64,000 nt of DNA from Sphyrna mokarran (lineage: Eukaryota), in the NCBI GenBank assembly GCA_024679065.1, contig JAGIQG010000001.1, positions 110,298,001 to 110,362,000 of the forward strand, read 5' to 3'. The notes beneath the pieces were generated by a model that was given only the letters and a program-made list of their open reading frames with translations, made no database searches and was not told the DNA's origin. Positions 62,200 through 64,000 of the stretch are shown here, piece by piece (the first letter of the stretch is position 1; every line of letters begins with the position of its first letter). A program made the translations under genes and the position numbers.

Positions 62200-64000
62200 A
62201 TGTCTCTTTCAGGGAAAATTGATCCTATTGACTCAGAGTCTAAACATTGTGTGCGGTATATTGAAGGATTCCACTATCCTTTCACCACTAATGAAATTAC
62301 AAAAGAAAATAAGCAAAAGGTCCGTTTATGGTCTACAGATTTCAGTCTTATATCTTAGTAAGAATTTAACATCCCAAGAACCTTGAATACTAAGGAGACG
62401 ATCTTACCAAAAAAATTCTAAGTGCCAATGAGTGTGAAAAAGGAAGAAAATCATGCCTTTTTGGGCAAGTTAAAAATTGAACCTTACCTTGCTTTGAGGA
62501 AAACATGAAGGAAGATGTCTTTCTCACCAGCAAGAGAGGAGCTGAGCTCACTGAAAGCAGGCAGTTTGCAGCAGACAGCGCCATTGTGCATGTGCAGTTC
62601 TTTCTTGTCTGTGCAATAGCTCTGTCAGTCACTTTCCTCTTGCTACTGCTAGCCTTTGTGGACAATCGCCCACACCCTGACTATTGCAGCCCTCTTCTGC
62701 TTATCCATTCCCCCCACCCACATGGTTTGATCGTCCATCACACCCTTCACATGAACTAGCTGGTCACCCATCCCCACATCCCTGCACGGATCAGCCAATT
62801 GCCCACCTTACGGACACAGATCAGACAATTAGCGATTAGAGAGTACATAGTGTCCCTCCCTCTGATCCCAGTTACAGAATGTGCAGCCTTGACCCCACCT
62901 CCTTCAGTTCCCACTCCATCTCAGTAGGGTCCATTCCCTCATGCCCAGCCTCTTTGGCACAACCTGGCAGGCACTGATAGTGTACCAAACTGGCACTGCC
63001 AAAGGAGGCCACTGAGCTTGGGGCAGGGGGGCCTCAATGGCCTCTGGTCCTACCAGGAAGGCTATCATGACAGATCCTCATTGATAGGGACCAGATGTGA
63101 TTCTTGCCAGTGAGGATCTTCACAGATGATGCCATAAAAGCAAGTAAGCTTCGATGATTGTATCCTGGGCTCACTTGTAATATTTAAATTCTATTTTAAA
63201 TAGAATTTGAATATTATAATCAGCCTTGTGCCCTTTTCGTAAGATCACCCCTAAGCTCATAACTTTGGTAAAGCATCATTACAGTCCCAAACTTCTATCA
63301 CTATTCAGCGTTTTGTGTTTAACTCTGCAGTAAGTGACCCTGGGGAGATAATTGTGACATATATGGCAAGACTAAGAAATTTGGCAGAGCCATGTGAATC
63401 GCTAATTGACATGCTGCAAGACAGATTAGTTTGTAGCATAACTAACTTAAACATACAAATAAAGCCACTGGCAGAGGATAAGATTTCCTTAGAGAAAGCC
63501 ATAAACATAGCTCAGGCAATTGAGAGTGTGGAGGGAGACACTCTCGAGTTACAGTGAATGCATACAGGTGAGGTGAATCATCTATGGCAAGTTGGCTGGG
63601 CAGAGTTGAGAGGGCAAAAGAAACAGAGCAAAACCTCAATGAGTAAGGCAGGGGTCCGAACAAAAAGAAAATAGGTCAACAAAGCAGAAATTCTGAAGAA
63701 TTCTGGGTGAGATCACCCCTGGGAAAAATGTAAATTCTGGGATTCTATCTGTTCTGGCTGAAATCGGAGAAGCTACATCTGAATTAAGTGCCAAGTCAAA
63801 CGGAATACACGTGGTTTAAACAAAAATATAAGACGTGGACACCAATGCATAATTTAGAAAATGATTCAAAAGAGAAATCTGAGATATTTCAGTTGAATAA
63901 TGTCCAAAGCAGTAAATCAGATCCTTTAGTAATAGTACCCTTGGTAAACGGGCAGCCACTATATATAGAAGTGGAGACTGGTGGTTCTATTTCCACAGTA
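62200..64000 (+). mobile_element. Gypsy/Ty3 gag-protease remnant (interrupted at 62394-63251; runs off the window)
   Basis: MSLSGKIDPIDSES..YIE..NEI..KQKV; then LITLVKHHYSPK..FNSAVSDPGE..YMARLRNLAEPCE..MLQDRLVCSI..LEKAINIAQAIES; protease VNGQPLYIEVETGGSIS (DTG changed to ETG). Confidence 0.9.
62394..63251. mobile_element. Non-autonomous Harbinger-type element (family B), complete, TAA TSD
   Basis: taa|GGAGACGATCTTAC ... GTAAGATCACCCC|taa; removing it rejoins the Gypsy gag. Confidence 0.85.

Overview
Vertebrate non-coding DNA, almost certainly from a shark or other elasmobranch. This is inferred from about 12 HE1-type V-SINEs plus CR1, L2, Rex1, RTE, Tx1, Penelope, Gypsy and PIF/Harbinger families typical of sharks. 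I could not find an intact host protein-coding gene or a credible coding exon. Every recognisable peptide belongs to a decayed transposon, so the window reads as a large intron or gene desert. Much of it is layered, often nested TE debris; the gaps hold TE-free, motif-rich islands that look like conserved enhancers. Most notable observations: (1) a V-SINE subfamily whose usual CR1 tail is replaced by one matching the 3' stem-loop of the Rex1/Babar LINEs in this window, with a compensatory base-pair change; (2) Penelope terminal repeats carrying minimal hammerhead-ribozyme motifs, including a ~230-bp palindromic mini-element; (3) a Harbinger set (transposase, Myb-like partner, several MITE families) with readable 3-bp TSDs; (4) an exact 52-bp templated insertion and other repair scars. 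All family calls are by-eye motif recognition without database searches. Boundaries are approximate unless a TSD or junction is quoted.
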